From NCBI GenBank assembly GCA_964499395.1, contig CAZCKZ010000001.1:7345-40096 (forward strand): a stretch of DNA of 32,752 bases, written 5' to 3'. Below are positions 1 to 8,880 of this stretch, one piece after another. The notes beneath the pieces are model-generated. The model worked only from the letters and a program-made list of their open reading frames with translations, was not told the origin of the DNA and made no database searches. A program made the translations under genes and the position numbers. Within the stretch, counting starts at the first letter, position 1. Every line of letters starts with the position of its first letter. Source of the DNA: an uncultured Gallionella sp. (lineage in GTDB: Bacteria > Pseudomonadota > Gammaproteobacteria > Burkholderiales > Gallionellaceae).

Positions 1-171
1 GAGTTGCCAGTAATCGGCATCGGCAGGCATGCGGGCGCGAATTGTCCTGCCTTCCGCCGAGTCCCAATACACGACGGCGGGTTCGGCAAATGCAGATTCC
101 GCAGCCGGTGACTGTGCAAAAGCCGGGGATATGAATGCACAGAGCAGTGCTGCGAATACCAGGTTTTTCAT
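1..171 (-). CDS. Secreted protein, probably phytochelatin synthase family (5' part only; runs off the window)
   Basis: Not in the ORF track. ATG at 171 with AGGAAG RBS reads MKNLVFAALLCAFISPAFAQSPAAESAFAEPAVVYWDSAEGRTIRARMPADADYWQL. This is a signal peptide followed by a segment resembling the N-terminus of prokaryotic PCS-like proteins; the catalytic residues lie outside the window. Confidence 0.55.
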   Translation of the reverse strand, partial: MKNLVFAALLCAFISPAFAQSPAAESAFAEPAVVYWDSAEGRTIRARMPADADYWQL

Positions 172-215
172 AGTCTTCCTTTCTGTTCGGACAGGCATCA
201 TCGAGGAATACGGAA

Positions 216-1073
216 TTAGCGGAACACGATGGTCTTGTTGCCGCACACCAGTACACGGTCTTCCACGTGATAGCGCAGGCCTCTGGATAATACCGTTTTC
301 TCGATGTCGCGCCCGTAACGCACCAGGTCTTCGACCGTGTCGCCGTGGTCGATGCGCACCGTGTCCTGTTCGATGATCGGACCGGCATCCAGCTCGTCGG
401 TGACGTAATGACAGGTTGCACCGATCAGTTTGACGCCGCGCTGATAGGCCTGGTGATAAGGTTTCGCGCCGACGAAGGAGGGCAGGAAGCTGTGGTGTAT
501 GTTGATGATGCGCCCGGGATACCGCTGGCACAGGCCGGGCGGCAGAATTTGCATGAAACGCGCCAGCACCATGCAATCGCCACCATGCCGGTCATATAGC
601 GCTGTGATTTTTTCAAATGCGGCTGCCTTTTCTCCCTGCATGTCGACATGGATGAACGGGATGCCGTGCCACTCGACAAAGCCGCGCAGGTCTTCGTGGT
701 TGGAGATCACGCAGGGGATGTCTACCAGCAACTCGCCGCTGCGCCAGCGGTGCAGCAGATCGTTCAGGCAATGGTCCTGTTTGCTTACCAGGATCACCAG
801 CCGCTTCTTTTGCGCCGAATCGGATAACTGCCAGCCCATCGCGAACTCCTGCGCCAGCGCAGTAAAACGGCGGCGGAACTCATCGGCATCGAACGGCAGG
901 GAATCGGCGCGTATTTCCTGGCGCATGAAGAAGCGCTGTGCTTCCTGCTCGGTGTGATAGCTCGCCTCGGTGATGAAGCCGCCATGCTGCGCGATAAAAC
1001 CGCTCACGGCCGCGATGATGCCCGCCCGGTCCGGGCAGGAGATGGTCAGGGTATAGCGTCTGGTGTTGCTCAT
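216..1073 (-). CDS. purU: Formyltetrahydrofolate deformylase
   Basis: N-terminal ACT domain (SCPDRAGIIAAVS), INIHHSFLPSFVGAKPYHQAY, GVKLIGATCHYVT and DAGPIIEQD motifs. Confidence 0.97.
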   Translation of the reverse strand: MSNTRRYTLTISCPDRAGIIAAVSGFIAQHGGFITEASYHTEQEAQRFFMRQEIRADSLPFDADEFRRRFTALAQEFAMGWQLSDSAQKKRLVILVSKQDHCLNDLLHRWRSGELLVDIPCVISNHEDLRGFVEWHGIPFIHVDMQGEKAAAFEKITALYDRHGGDCMVLARFMQILPPGLCQRYPGRIINIHHSFLPSFVGAKPYHQAYQRGVKLIGATCHYVTDELDAGPIIEQDTVRIDHGDTVEDLVRYGRDIEKTVLSRGLRYHVEDRVLVCGNKTIVFR

Positions 1074-1134
1074 GCTGGTGTTACGGTAGGCATTGCGGCG
1101 ATTCTAACGTATCGCCGGGACAGTGCCGCCTGGA

Positions 1135-1521
1135 CTATATCGGATTGCCGTCAGCGTCGAGGTAGAACTCGTTCAGGGCGCGTTCCACTTCGGCCATATG
1201 GGTGAGCACCGGGCCACCGCCCATCATGATGGCGATCCCGCAGACCTCCATGATCTCTTCCAAAGTCACACCGGCTTGTTTGCATGCGCGGACGTGCAGC
1301 GCGATACAGTAGTGGCATTGCTGGGTCAATGCCATGCCGAGGGCGACGCGCTCCTTCTCTTTTTTGTCCAGCACGCCGGGCTGCATCGCCTCGCCCATGA
1401 ATGCCTGGATCTTGCCCATCAATTTTGGGCGGTATTCGGTGAGAAGTTGCAGGCCGCGATGCGCATGCTCCAGAACCTTGCGCTCACTATCGGAGCCTTT
1501 TGCCTTGTGAGGATTGTTCAT
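1135..1521 (-). CDS. Carboxymuconolactone decarboxylase / AhpD-like protein
   Basis: LDKKEKERVALGMALTQQCHYCIALH with CxxC; GVTLEEIME and GGGP motifs. Confidence 0.88.
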   Translation of the reverse strand: MNNPHKAKGSDSERKVLEHAHRGLQLLTEYRPKLMGKIQAFMGEAMQPGVLDKKEKERVALGMALTQQCHYCIALHVRACKQAGVTLEEIMEVCGIAIMMGGGPVLTHMAEVERALNEFYLDADGNPI

Positions 1522-1731
1522 ACGATGTTCCTTGGGTTGGAGCGGGCGATTGTAACGAAAAACACGGCGTGTTTATACGGATCTATCCCGGCACGGCGCA
1601 ATCATCCAGCAAGCTTGCCAACGACCGGGGCGGGGATGCGCCAAAAAGGAACCTTCGGGTATTCATTTTATAAACAGCTGCACGTTGATAGTACAATGAT
1701 GCAACAAGTCAGATTGGATTGGAATTCAAAA

Positions 1732-2679
1732 ATGAAACATGTATCAAACCCGGTCACGCGCATATTTGCAATCGTCATGCTGTTGTCAGGTTGCGCCTCC
1801 GCACCACAACATTTGACCGAGCAGAATAAAAGCGGGATCAAGAACATCGCTATTGTTTCCCTCGTGCCGGAAAGCGTCAATTTTGAAAAAATCGGAATAT
1901 TTTCATCTTCCAATATATACACAAAGTTTGATGCGGGCAGCAAGGTGACTGACAGTGTCCTTTACGTGTCCCGCGCAAGGATCGCGAAATCCTATCCGGG
2001 CTGGACTCTGAAAAGTGTCGAGTATGACCGGTCGGCATTATTGGCAAAATTGAACACGCCAAGCGGTTTTAATGCCGCGAGCGCCAAGGAAGCGTTTGCC
2101 GGTCTGGCCCGCAATAATGGTCTTGATGCAATATTTGTTGTGAGGGCTGTGGCAGACAAGGCGGATGCCGTGCAACAGGATTCACCCCAGGATAATTATT
2201 TGCGTGAAGGGATGAATGTATTGCTTAAAGACAACAAATTTGGCGGAGACGCGAAGCTGGTTTTTCGCGCCAACCTGAGCGTTGCGATTGTCGGAAAAAA
2301 TGGGGAGGTGATGGCTGTTGGTTCAATACCTGCCCAACTTGACCATGCCAAAGAGCTGGATCTTGACGATTATGGCGTGAGCCTCGATATGAAACGTAAT
2401 TCCCGTCCCGAGATACAGGACAAGTTGGAGCGCGGGGTTGTTGTTGATTTGACGAGAAGGCTTAACCTTTGCTTTGATTCTCTGGGTTTCACTGACGGAT
2501 CCAGCCCGGAGTCACTGCATGTAAAAGTCATTCCGCAACCCGATGCGGTTATCGAGACCAAGGGAAAGTCACCTGCGCAAACGGAGTCGGCCCCGAATTC
2601 CTTTGATCTGTGCTTTTCGAGGTGCAGGCAATACACCGATCGCACCAAGGAGCAATGCTTCGACGCTTGTAACAAGTGA
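1732..2679 (+). CDS. Hypothetical lipoprotein with C-terminal four-Cys motif
   Basis: Start reassigned to ATG 1732 (MKHVSNPVTRIFAIVMLLSGC, lipobox LSGC). The upstream part of the 518-aa ORF is the antisense shadow of the CMD gene. Confidence 0.75.
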   Translation: MKHVSNPVTRIFAIVMLLSGCASAPQHLTEQNKSGIKNIAIVSLVPESVNFEKIGIFSSSNIYTKFDAGSKVTDSVLYVSRARIAKSYPGWTLKSVEYDRSALLAKLNTPSGFNAASAKEAFAGLARNNGLDAIFVVRAVADKADAVQQDSPQDNYLREGMNVLLKDNKFGGDAKLVFRANLSVAIVGKNGEVMAVGSIPAQLDHAKELDLDDYGVSLDMKRNSRPEIQDKLERGVVVDLTRRLNLCFDSLGFTDGSSPESLHVKVIPQPDAVIETKGKSPAQTESAPNSFDLCFSRCRQYTDRTKEQCFDACNK

Positions 2680-2777
2680 CCGCAGTTGCCCGGGTGTGTC
2701 TTTGCCGCGCGATAGCGCCTGATACCGCGCAGATTTCTTCAGGTATTAACGATCACGGCTGCAGGGATGGTGTTTGT

Positions 2778-4376
2778 TTATAGGGCCATGCCCTGGTCGC
2801 GCAGATATTCTTCATAACTGCCATGGTAATCGGAAATCCCCTTGGCAGTTATCTCGATGATGCGCGTCGCCAGCGATGAAACGAATTCGCGGTCATGGCT
2901 GACGAACAGCAGCGTGCCCTTGTATTCCAGCAACGCGGTGTTGAGCGACTCGATGGATTCCATGTCCATGTGGTTGGTCGGTTCGTCCATCAGCAGCACG
3001 TTGGGTTTTTGCAGCATCAGTTTGCCGAACAGCATGCGTCCCTTTTCGCCGCCGGACAATACCTTCACGTTCTTCTTCGCTTCGTCGCCTGAAAACAGCA
3101 GGCGGCCCAGCGTCGCGCGCACGGTCTGGTCGTCATCGTTCGGGCCGCGCCAGTAGGCCATCCATTCGGTCATGGATTTATCCTCGGCAAAGTCGGCGCT
3201 GTGGTCCTGTGCGTAGTAACCGAGCTTGGCTTTGTCGGTCCATTTGATGGTGCCGGTATCGGGTTGCAGATCTCCCGCCAGGCAGCGCAGCAAGGTGGTC
3301 TTGCCTATGCCGTTGGGGCCGATGATGGCGACTTTTTCGCCGGCATCGATGCGGAAGTTTACGTTGGAGAAAAGCACCTTGTCGAAGCCCTTCGTCATGT
3401 GCTGCACTTCCACCGCGGTGCGGTGCAGCTTTTCGCGCTCGTCATATTCAAAGCGGATGAACGGATACTGGCGGCTGGACGGCTTGATGTCCTCGATCTT
3501 GATCTTGTCGATCTGGCGCGCGCGCGAGGTGGCCTGCTTGGCCTTGGACGCATTCGCCGAGAAACGCGCGACGAATGCTTTCAGCTCGGCGACCTTCTCC
3601 TTGGCCTTGGCGTTGTCCGTGGCCTGCTGTGCGCGTGCCTGCGTGGAAGCCAGCATGTAGTCGTCGTAGTTTCCGGGATACACCGTGATCTTGCCGTAGT
3701 CGAGGTCGGCCATGTGGGTGCAGACGCTGTTCAGGAAGTGGCGGTCATGCGAAATGATGACCATGGTGCAGGTGCGCGCATTCAGGATGTTTTCCAGCCA
3801 GCGTATCGTGTTGATGTCGAGGTTGTTGGTCGGCTCGTCGAGCAGCAGGATGTCCGGGTTGGAGAACAGGGCCTGCGCCAGCAGCACGCGCAGCTTGAAG
3901 CCGGGTGCGACGGCGCTCATCAGGCCCTGGTGCAATTCGATGGCAATGCCCACGCCGAGCAGCAATTCCCCGGCGCGCGGTTCGGCGGTATAACCGTCGT
4001 ATTCGGCGAACTCCGCTTCCAGATCGGCGGCGCGCATGTAATCTTCTTCGCTGGCATCCGGGTTGGCATAGATCGCATCGCGTTCCGACATCGCCGTCCA
4101 CATCTCCGCATGGCCCATCATCACGACATCCAGCACACGCATGTCCTCGAAAGCGAACTGGTCCTGGCGCAGCTTGCCGAGACGCTCGCCCTTGTCCAGC
4201 ATCACATTGCCCGAAGTCGGCTCGAGATCGCCGCCAAGGATCTTCATGAACGTGGACTTGCCGCAACCGTTCGCACCGATCAAGCCGTAACGATTGCCGT
4301 CGCCGAATTTGACGGAGACGTTTTCAAACAGGGGCTTGGCCCCGAATTGCATGGTGATGTTGGCGGTGGAAAGCAT
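2778..4376 (-). CDS. ybiT: ABC-F family ATPase (YbiT type)
   Basis: Starts [24 protein letters not shown]; two ABC domains ([31 protein letters not shown]); no transmembrane segments. Confidence 0.92.
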   Translation of the reverse strand: MLSTANITMQFGAKPLFENVSVKFGDGNRYGLIGANGCGKSTFMKILGGDLEPTSGNVMLDKGERLGKLRQDQFAFEDMRVLDVVMMGHAEMWTAMSERDAIYANPDASEEDYMRAADLEAEFAEYDGYTAEPRAGELLLGVGIAIELHQGLMSAVAPGFKLRVLLAQALFSNPDILLLDEPTNNLDINTIRWLENILNARTCTMVIISHDRHFLNSVCTHMADLDYGKITVYPGNYDDYMLASTQARAQQATDNAKAKEKVAELKAFVARFSANASKAKQATSRARQIDKIKIEDIKPSSRQYPFIRFEYDEREKLHRTAVEVQHMTKGFDKVLFSNVNFRIDAGEKVAIIGPNGIGKTTLLRCLAGDLQPDTGTIKWTDKAKLGYYAQDHSADFAEDKSMTEWMAYWRGPNDDDQTVRATLGRLLFSGDEAKKNVKVLSGGEKGRMLFGKLMLQKPNVLLMDEPTNHMDMESIESLNTALLEYKGTLLFVSHDREFVSSLATRIIEITAKGISDYHGSYEEYLRDQGMAL

Positions 4377-4629
4377 GGAAAAATCGATTTCGGAAAATTT
4401 TTGGATTGCAATTTTAACACCGTGCGGCATTATTACCCGTGCAATCTGCCGGACAAATGGGCAATCCGGCATATTGACATACGAAGTCGGGGCAGCGAGA
4501 CTGTTTTGCCGTATTTTGCTTGATTCATATTGCGTTCCCCGCATTCCTGCAAGCCGCGTGCAAGGTTTACCTTCAAGCAAGGCAATAGAGGTATGCAATC
4601 ATGTCAATGATTTTGCGCTGCAAGGAAAT

Positions 4630-4806
4630 ATGGAACTAAGAAACGGAAATGATCGCCGCAAAGCAAACCCGTTCGGAACGAGCGGGCCGTGGCTGACGAC
4701 GGGAAAAATGGGCGGGCTGGTAATTACCGATCGCAGAAAATCCACCGGCAGGCGAACGACGGACAGGCAGCAGAACCAGGGCTTTTCAGCTTCAACTGGC
4801 TTTTGA
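4630..4806 (+). CDS. Small Arg-rich hypothetical protein (58 aa)
   Basis: AAGGA RBS just before ATG 4630; MELRNGNDRRKANPF...TDRRKSTGRRTTDRQ, with repeated DRR motifs. Confidence 0.5.
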   Translation: MELRNGNDRRKANPFGTSGPWLTTGKMGGLVITDRRKSTGRRTTDRQQNQGFSASTGF

Positions 4807-5074
4807 TGGGCCGTTGGCGGTTTACATCCGGTATTGCCTGCTTCATCATGAACCTGAAGAAACAAATCGCATTATGGATGGAACGTCCAATCACACCGTG
4901 ATGCATCTGTTTCCATTGCGCGTTTCATTTTTCGCCTGCCAATGCAGAGGCACTCAACTTTGCAGGCGTTCATTTCAGAATTGCTGAAGGGTGCAACAAT
5001 ACCATTCGATATCGATCAGGAACCGGTGCCGGTGAAGTCCGATGATCACAGCCCCGGCGCCCCTTTAAAGAACA

Positions 5075-5103
5075 TTGTTATTGCCAGAGTGGAGGTATAG
5101 AAT
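5075..5103 (+). promoter_or_regulatory. Putative sigma70 promoter of the cytochrome c gene
   Basis: TTGTTA-17 bp-TAGAAT, 80 bp upstream of the ATG. Confidence 0.45.
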
Positions 5104-5182
5104 CACATATGGAAGGGGTGGCTTGACTTGTGGTTTATCCTTTACTTTGGCTTGTAACGTTTCTAAATTTTACGGAGGTATC

Positions 5183-5506
5183 ATGAAATCTATAGTTTTA
5201 AGCATGGCAGTGGCAGGACTGATGGTTGCAGGGAGCGCAATGGCTACCAGCATGCCGCCTTTGGCAAAAAGCAACGGTTGCACCGCTTGCCACTCAATTG
5301 ACCATAAGATAGTTGGCCCAGCCTGGAAGGATGTCTCCAAAAAATACAAAGGTGTTGCGGGAGCCGAAGCCAAGTTGATCGCCAAAGTATCCAAGGGCGG
5401 TGGCGGCGTGTGGGGCAAGGTGCCTATGCCTGGCATGGATCCGTCCGGCAAGAAGCATGACAATATCAAGAAATTGGTTGATTTCATCCTGGCCCTGGAC
5501 AAGTAA
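5183..5506 (+). CDS. Periplasmic monoheme class I cytochrome c (c551/c552 type)
   Basis: GGAGG RBS, signal peptide, CTACH heme motif, VGPAWKDV, distal Met in WGKVPMP. Confidence 0.93.
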   Translation: MKSIVLSMAVAGLMVAGSAMATSMPPLAKSNGCTACHSIDHKIVGPAWKDVSKKYKGVAGAEAKLIAKVSKGGGGVWGKVPMPGMDPSGKKHDNIKKLVDFILALDK

Positions 5507-5522
5507 GCGGAAACGTTTCTGG

Positions 5523-5549
5523 AAAAGCCGGCTTGTGCCGGCTTTTTTT
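5523..5549 (+). terminator. Rho-independent terminator
   Basis: AAAAGCCGGC-TTGT-GCCGGC followed by T7. Confidence 0.9.
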
Positions 5550-5661
5550 GCGAACCGAATTCGCGCGCCAAGATCATGCAACCCTGATAAAAGATCGCAG
5601 ATTGATCCCTGGACACCAGCTATCGGCTAGAATGTGCCGGGTCAATTATTAACAGAACATT

Positions 5662-6948
5662 ATGGTTCCCCATCTCACCACCGCGCTGACCGGCCCCTTG
5701 CACGATCTGGAGCGACGCTTCCTGGCGGCCATGCCAACCATCGAACACTGGTTTCGCACGCAATGGCTGGAACACGCCGTGCCGTTTTACGCCTCGGTGG
5801 ATTTGCGCAACAGCGGTTTCAAACTGGCGCCCGTGGATACCAATTTGTTTCCCGGCGGCTTCAATAACCTCAACCCCGATTTCCTTCCGTTGTGCGTGCT
5901 GGCGATGCAGAGCGCAGTGGAAAAGATATGTCCGGAAGCACGCGGTGTGTTGCTGATACCGGAGAACCACACACGCAATTTGTATTATCTGCAGAATGTG
6001 GCGCAGATCGAGATGATTCTCAAGCAAGCCGGCATGCGCGTGCGCATTGGAAGCCTGTTGCCTGAGATCACCTCGGCCACACAGATTGAATTGCCCAACG
6101 GCAGCGCGTTGACGCTTGAGCCACTGGAGCGGCGAGGCAATCGCCTTGGGCTGGCCGATTTCGATCCATGCGTGGTATTGCTCAACAATGATTTGTCGGC
6201 AGGCGCGCCGGAGATATTGAAAAATCTCGAGCAGCCGGTGTACCCGCCGCTTTCCATTGGCTGGCATTTGCGGCGCAAATCGCATCATTTTGCCGGCTAT
6301 GACCGTGTGGCGAATGCGTTCGCCGAACTGCTCGGTATCGACCCATGGCTGATCAACCCGTATTTCGCCACTTGCGACCAGATCAATTTTCGGGAACGGG
6401 TCGGAGAGGAATGCCTTGCCGCCCAGGTGGACGTCGTGTTGCAGAAGATACGCGCCAAATATGCAGAATACGGGGTGAAAAGCGATCCCTTCGTCATCGT
6501 CAAGGCCGATGCGGGAACATACGGCATGGGCATCATGACGGTGAAGGACGCGGGCGAAATCACCGGGCTGAACCGCAAGCAGCGCAACAAGATGGCGGTG
6601 GTGAAGGAGGGCGTGGCAGTATCTGATGTGTTGATACAGGAAGGGGTTTATACCTTCGAGCAGATCAACGAAGCGGTTGCCGAACCGGTGGTGTATATGA
6701 TCGATCACTATGTGGTTGGCGGATTTTATCGCGTGCATACCGCCCGTGGTGTGGACGAAAATCTCAACGCACCCGGAATGCATTTCATGCCGCTTGCGTT
6801 CGAGACCCACTGCACATTGCCCAATCCGGACCGTGGTCCGGACGACACACCCAACCGTTTTTATGCTTACGGTGTCGTGGCGCGACTGGCTTTACTGGCC
6901 GCATCTCTGGAGATCGAGGCGGCGGAAAATCCCCCTGAAAATCCATAG
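5662..6948 (+). CDS. gshA: Glutamate--cysteine ligase (betaproteobacterial type)
   Basis: MVPHLTTALTGPL start, PFYASVDLRNSGFKLAPVDTNLFPGGFNNL, KADAGTYGMGIM and NLNAPGMHF motifs. Confidence 0.95.
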   Translation: MVPHLTTALTGPLHDLERRFLAAMPTIEHWFRTQWLEHAVPFYASVDLRNSGFKLAPVDTNLFPGGFNNLNPDFLPLCVLAMQSAVEKICPEARGVLLIPENHTRNLYYLQNVAQIEMILKQAGMRVRIGSLLPEITSATQIELPNGSALTLEPLERRGNRLGLADFDPCVVLLNNDLSAGAPEILKNLEQPVYPPLSIGWHLRRKSHHFAGYDRVANAFAELLGIDPWLINPYFATCDQINFRERVGEECLAAQVDVVLQKIRAKYAEYGVKSDPFVIVKADAGTYGMGIMTVKDAGEITGLNRKQRNKMAVVKEGVAVSDVLIQEGVYTFEQINEAVAEPVVYMIDHYVVGGFYRVHTARGVDENLNAPGMHFMPLAFETHCTLPNPDRGPDDTPNRFYAYGVVARLALLAASLEIEAAENPPENP

Positions 6949-7986
6949 ATGGCTGCGCCGATTCGTCTTTTCGCCATCGCTGCCCTTCTGCTGCTTGCAG
7001 GGTGTCAAAACAAGGAACCGTTGTATCAGGAACAGGGCTATGTTTTCGGCACGCTGGTGGAGGTGAGCATCTATGGCGAACCCGAGCCGCGCGCCAGACT
7101 GGCGGTGAGAGAGGTGATGCAAGAGTTTCAAAGGTTGCACAACAAGTTGCACGCGTGGCAACCCAGCGAACTCAGCAAAATGAATGCGGCGTTTGCAAAG
7201 GGAAAAAGTGCTCCCATTTCTGCAGAACTTGTTTCGATACTGCGGGATGCCAGGCAGCTTTCGCAACGATCACAAGGCTTGTTCAATCCGGCTATCGGGG
7301 GCTTGGTACAGTTATGGGGTTTTCACGCCGATGAATTCAAACCGGTACTGCCGGACAAAAGAAAAGTTGCGCAATGGGTCGCGGCCAACCCGCAGATGAG
7401 CGACATCACGATCGTGCGCGGCATGGCGAAGAGCAGAAACAAGTTCGTGCAGGTGGATCTGGGCGGCTATGCCAAAGGCTACGCACTGGATCGCGCCGCC
7501 GATATCCTGCGCAAACAGGGTATCCGCAATGCGCTGATCAACATCGGCGGCAATATCATGGCCCTCGGCCGGCATGGCGATCGCCCGTGGCGCGTCGGTA
7601 TCCAGCATCCGCGCAAATCCGGGGCGCTGGCGATCCTGGACCTGCACGACGGCGAAGCCATCGGCACCTCGGGAGATTACCAGCGCTACTTCATGATAGG
7701 CAATGTGCGTTACTGCCATCTGATCGACCCGCGCAGCGGTTATCCGATGCAGGGCGTACAGGCGGTTACCATACTGACCCATGGCCCGCGTGCCGGGGTG
7801 TTGTCAGATGCCGATTCCAAGCCGCTGTTCATCTCGGGAGCAAAAGGCTGGCGCGCCGCCGCCACTCGAATGGGCCTGACCGAGGCGATGCTGGTGGACG
7901 GGCAGGGCAAAATCCATCTCACAGCAGAATTGCAGAAGCGGCTAGAATTCACGGACAAGCGTATTCATCCGGAGGTGGAGCCGTGA
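6949..7986 (+). CDS. apbE: FAD:protein FMN transferase lipoprotein
   Basis: Lipobox LAGC; DLGGYAKGYALD, PWRVGIQHPR, GTSGDYQRY and HLIDPRSGYP motifs. Confidence 0.93.
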   Translation: MAAPIRLFAIAALLLLAGCQNKEPLYQEQGYVFGTLVEVSIYGEPEPRARLAVREVMQEFQRLHNKLHAWQPSELSKMNAAFAKGKSAPISAELVSILRDARQLSQRSQGLFNPAIGGLVQLWGFHADEFKPVLPDKRKVAQWVAANPQMSDITIVRGMAKSRNKFVQVDLGGYAKGYALDRAADILRKQGIRNALINIGGNIMALGRHGDRPWRVGIQHPRKSGALAILDLHDGEAIGTSGDYQRYFMIGNVRYCHLIDPRSGYPMQGVQAVTILTHGPRAGVLSDADSKPLFISGAKGWRAAATRMGLTEAMLVDGQGKIHLTAELQKRLEFTDKRIHPEVEP

Positions 7987-8207
7987 ATGATTCCGATCCA
8001 GGGCAGGATTCTGAACCGGACATCGTGCAACAAAAGGTGCGGCGCGCGGCAGGTATAAATGCATTGCGCAAGATCGGCCTGATCGTCGCCGGGGAACAAC
8101 AGGCGGATACCGACAAAGCCAGAGTGCTGCGCTGGTTTGCCCGCTATGGCTGGATTGCCTTGCCGGGCGTTGCGTTGCTGGTGGCATATCTGATCGTAAT
8201 GATCTAA
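7983..8207 (+). CDS. Small hypothetical membrane protein (74 aa)
   Basis: GTG overlaps the apbE stop (GTGA), GGAGG RBS, C-terminal hydrophobic helix; fills the gap between apbE and the PTS IIA gene. Confidence 0.6.
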   Translation: MNDSDPGQDSEPDIVQQKVRRAAGINALRKIGLIVAGEQQADTDKARVLRWFARYGWIALPGVALLVAYLIVMI

Positions 8208-8223
8208 TTGGCAGGAGTGATTT

Positions 8224-8610
8224 GTGGCCGGAATTTTATTGGTGACCCACAACGGGCTGGGCGACAGTTTCGTGGATTGCGTCAAACATGTGCTGGGCGA
8301 AGTGCCGTCCAATCTTAAAGTATTGTCGGTATTGGCCGGTGATGATCCGCAATTGAAACTGGTTGAAGGACAGGCATTGATCAAGCAGCTCGATACGGGC
8401 GGCGGCGTGCTGATTTTGGCGGATGTGTTTGGCGCCACGCCCAGCAACATCGGGCGGCAACTCTGCCATGCCGAACGCGTGATAGGCGTGGCGGGGCTGA
8501 ATCTGCCCATGCTGCTGCGCGTGGTGTGCAGCCCGGACAAATCCTTGCCAGATCTGGCACAGACCGCGGTCGAAGGCGGGCGTGAATGTATCGTTAAGAT
8601 GGCGGGTTAA
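8224..8610 (+). CDS. PTS EIIA, mannose/fructose family
   Basis: GILLVTH (phospho-His), LADVFGATPSN and GLNLPMLL motifs. Confidence 0.92.
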   Translation: MAGILLVTHNGLGDSFVDCVKHVLGEVPSNLKVLSVLAGDDPQLKLVEGQALIKQLDTGGGVLILADVFGATPSNIGRQLCHAERVIGVAGLNLPMLLRVVCSPDKSLPDLAQTAVEGGRECIVKMAG

Positions 8611-8880
8611 ATGTTGCAACAGGACGTGCTCATTATCAACAAACTCGGTCTGCATGCCCGCGCATCGGCCAAGCTCACGCAGCTTGCCGCCAGCTTCAAG
8701 TGCGAGGTGATGATGTCGCGCAACAATCGCCGCGTGAACGCCAAAAGTATCATGGGCGTGATGATGCTGGCCGCTGCCAAGGGCACCACCATAAAAATCG
8801 AGACAAATGGCGAAGACGAGGCTGAAGCGATGCAGGCGTTGTTGAAATTGATTAACGATTACTTTGGAGAAGGCGAGTGA
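8611..8880 (+). CDS. ptsH: Phosphocarrier protein HPr
   Basis: NKLGLHARASAK and NAKSIMGVMML motifs. Confidence 0.96.
   Translation: MLQQDVLIINKLGLHARASAKLTQLAASFKCEVMMSRNNRRVNAKSIMGVMMLAAAKGTTIKIETNGEDEAEAMQALLKLINDYFGEGE

Noticed and set aside
1123-1731. N-terminal 203 aa of the 518-aa ORF
   Set aside because: Antisense to the CMD gene plus intergenic DNA; the lipoprotein signal begins at 1732
3201-4523. Long antisense ORFs (this one, and 5620-6810, 8952-9992, 16834-18162, 19659-20867, 25262-26830, 26996-28063, 31109-32464)
   Set aside because: Codon-bias shadows opposite well-recognised genes in GC-rich DNA; no motifs of their own
4377-4598. N-terminal extension of the ABC-F ORF
   Set aside because: The family-typical start is [11 protein letters not shown] at 4376; the extension reads as intergenic sequence
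4807-5074. Short ORFs in several frames before the cytochrome c gene
   Set aside because: No convincing RBS, motif or frame; cannot be supported
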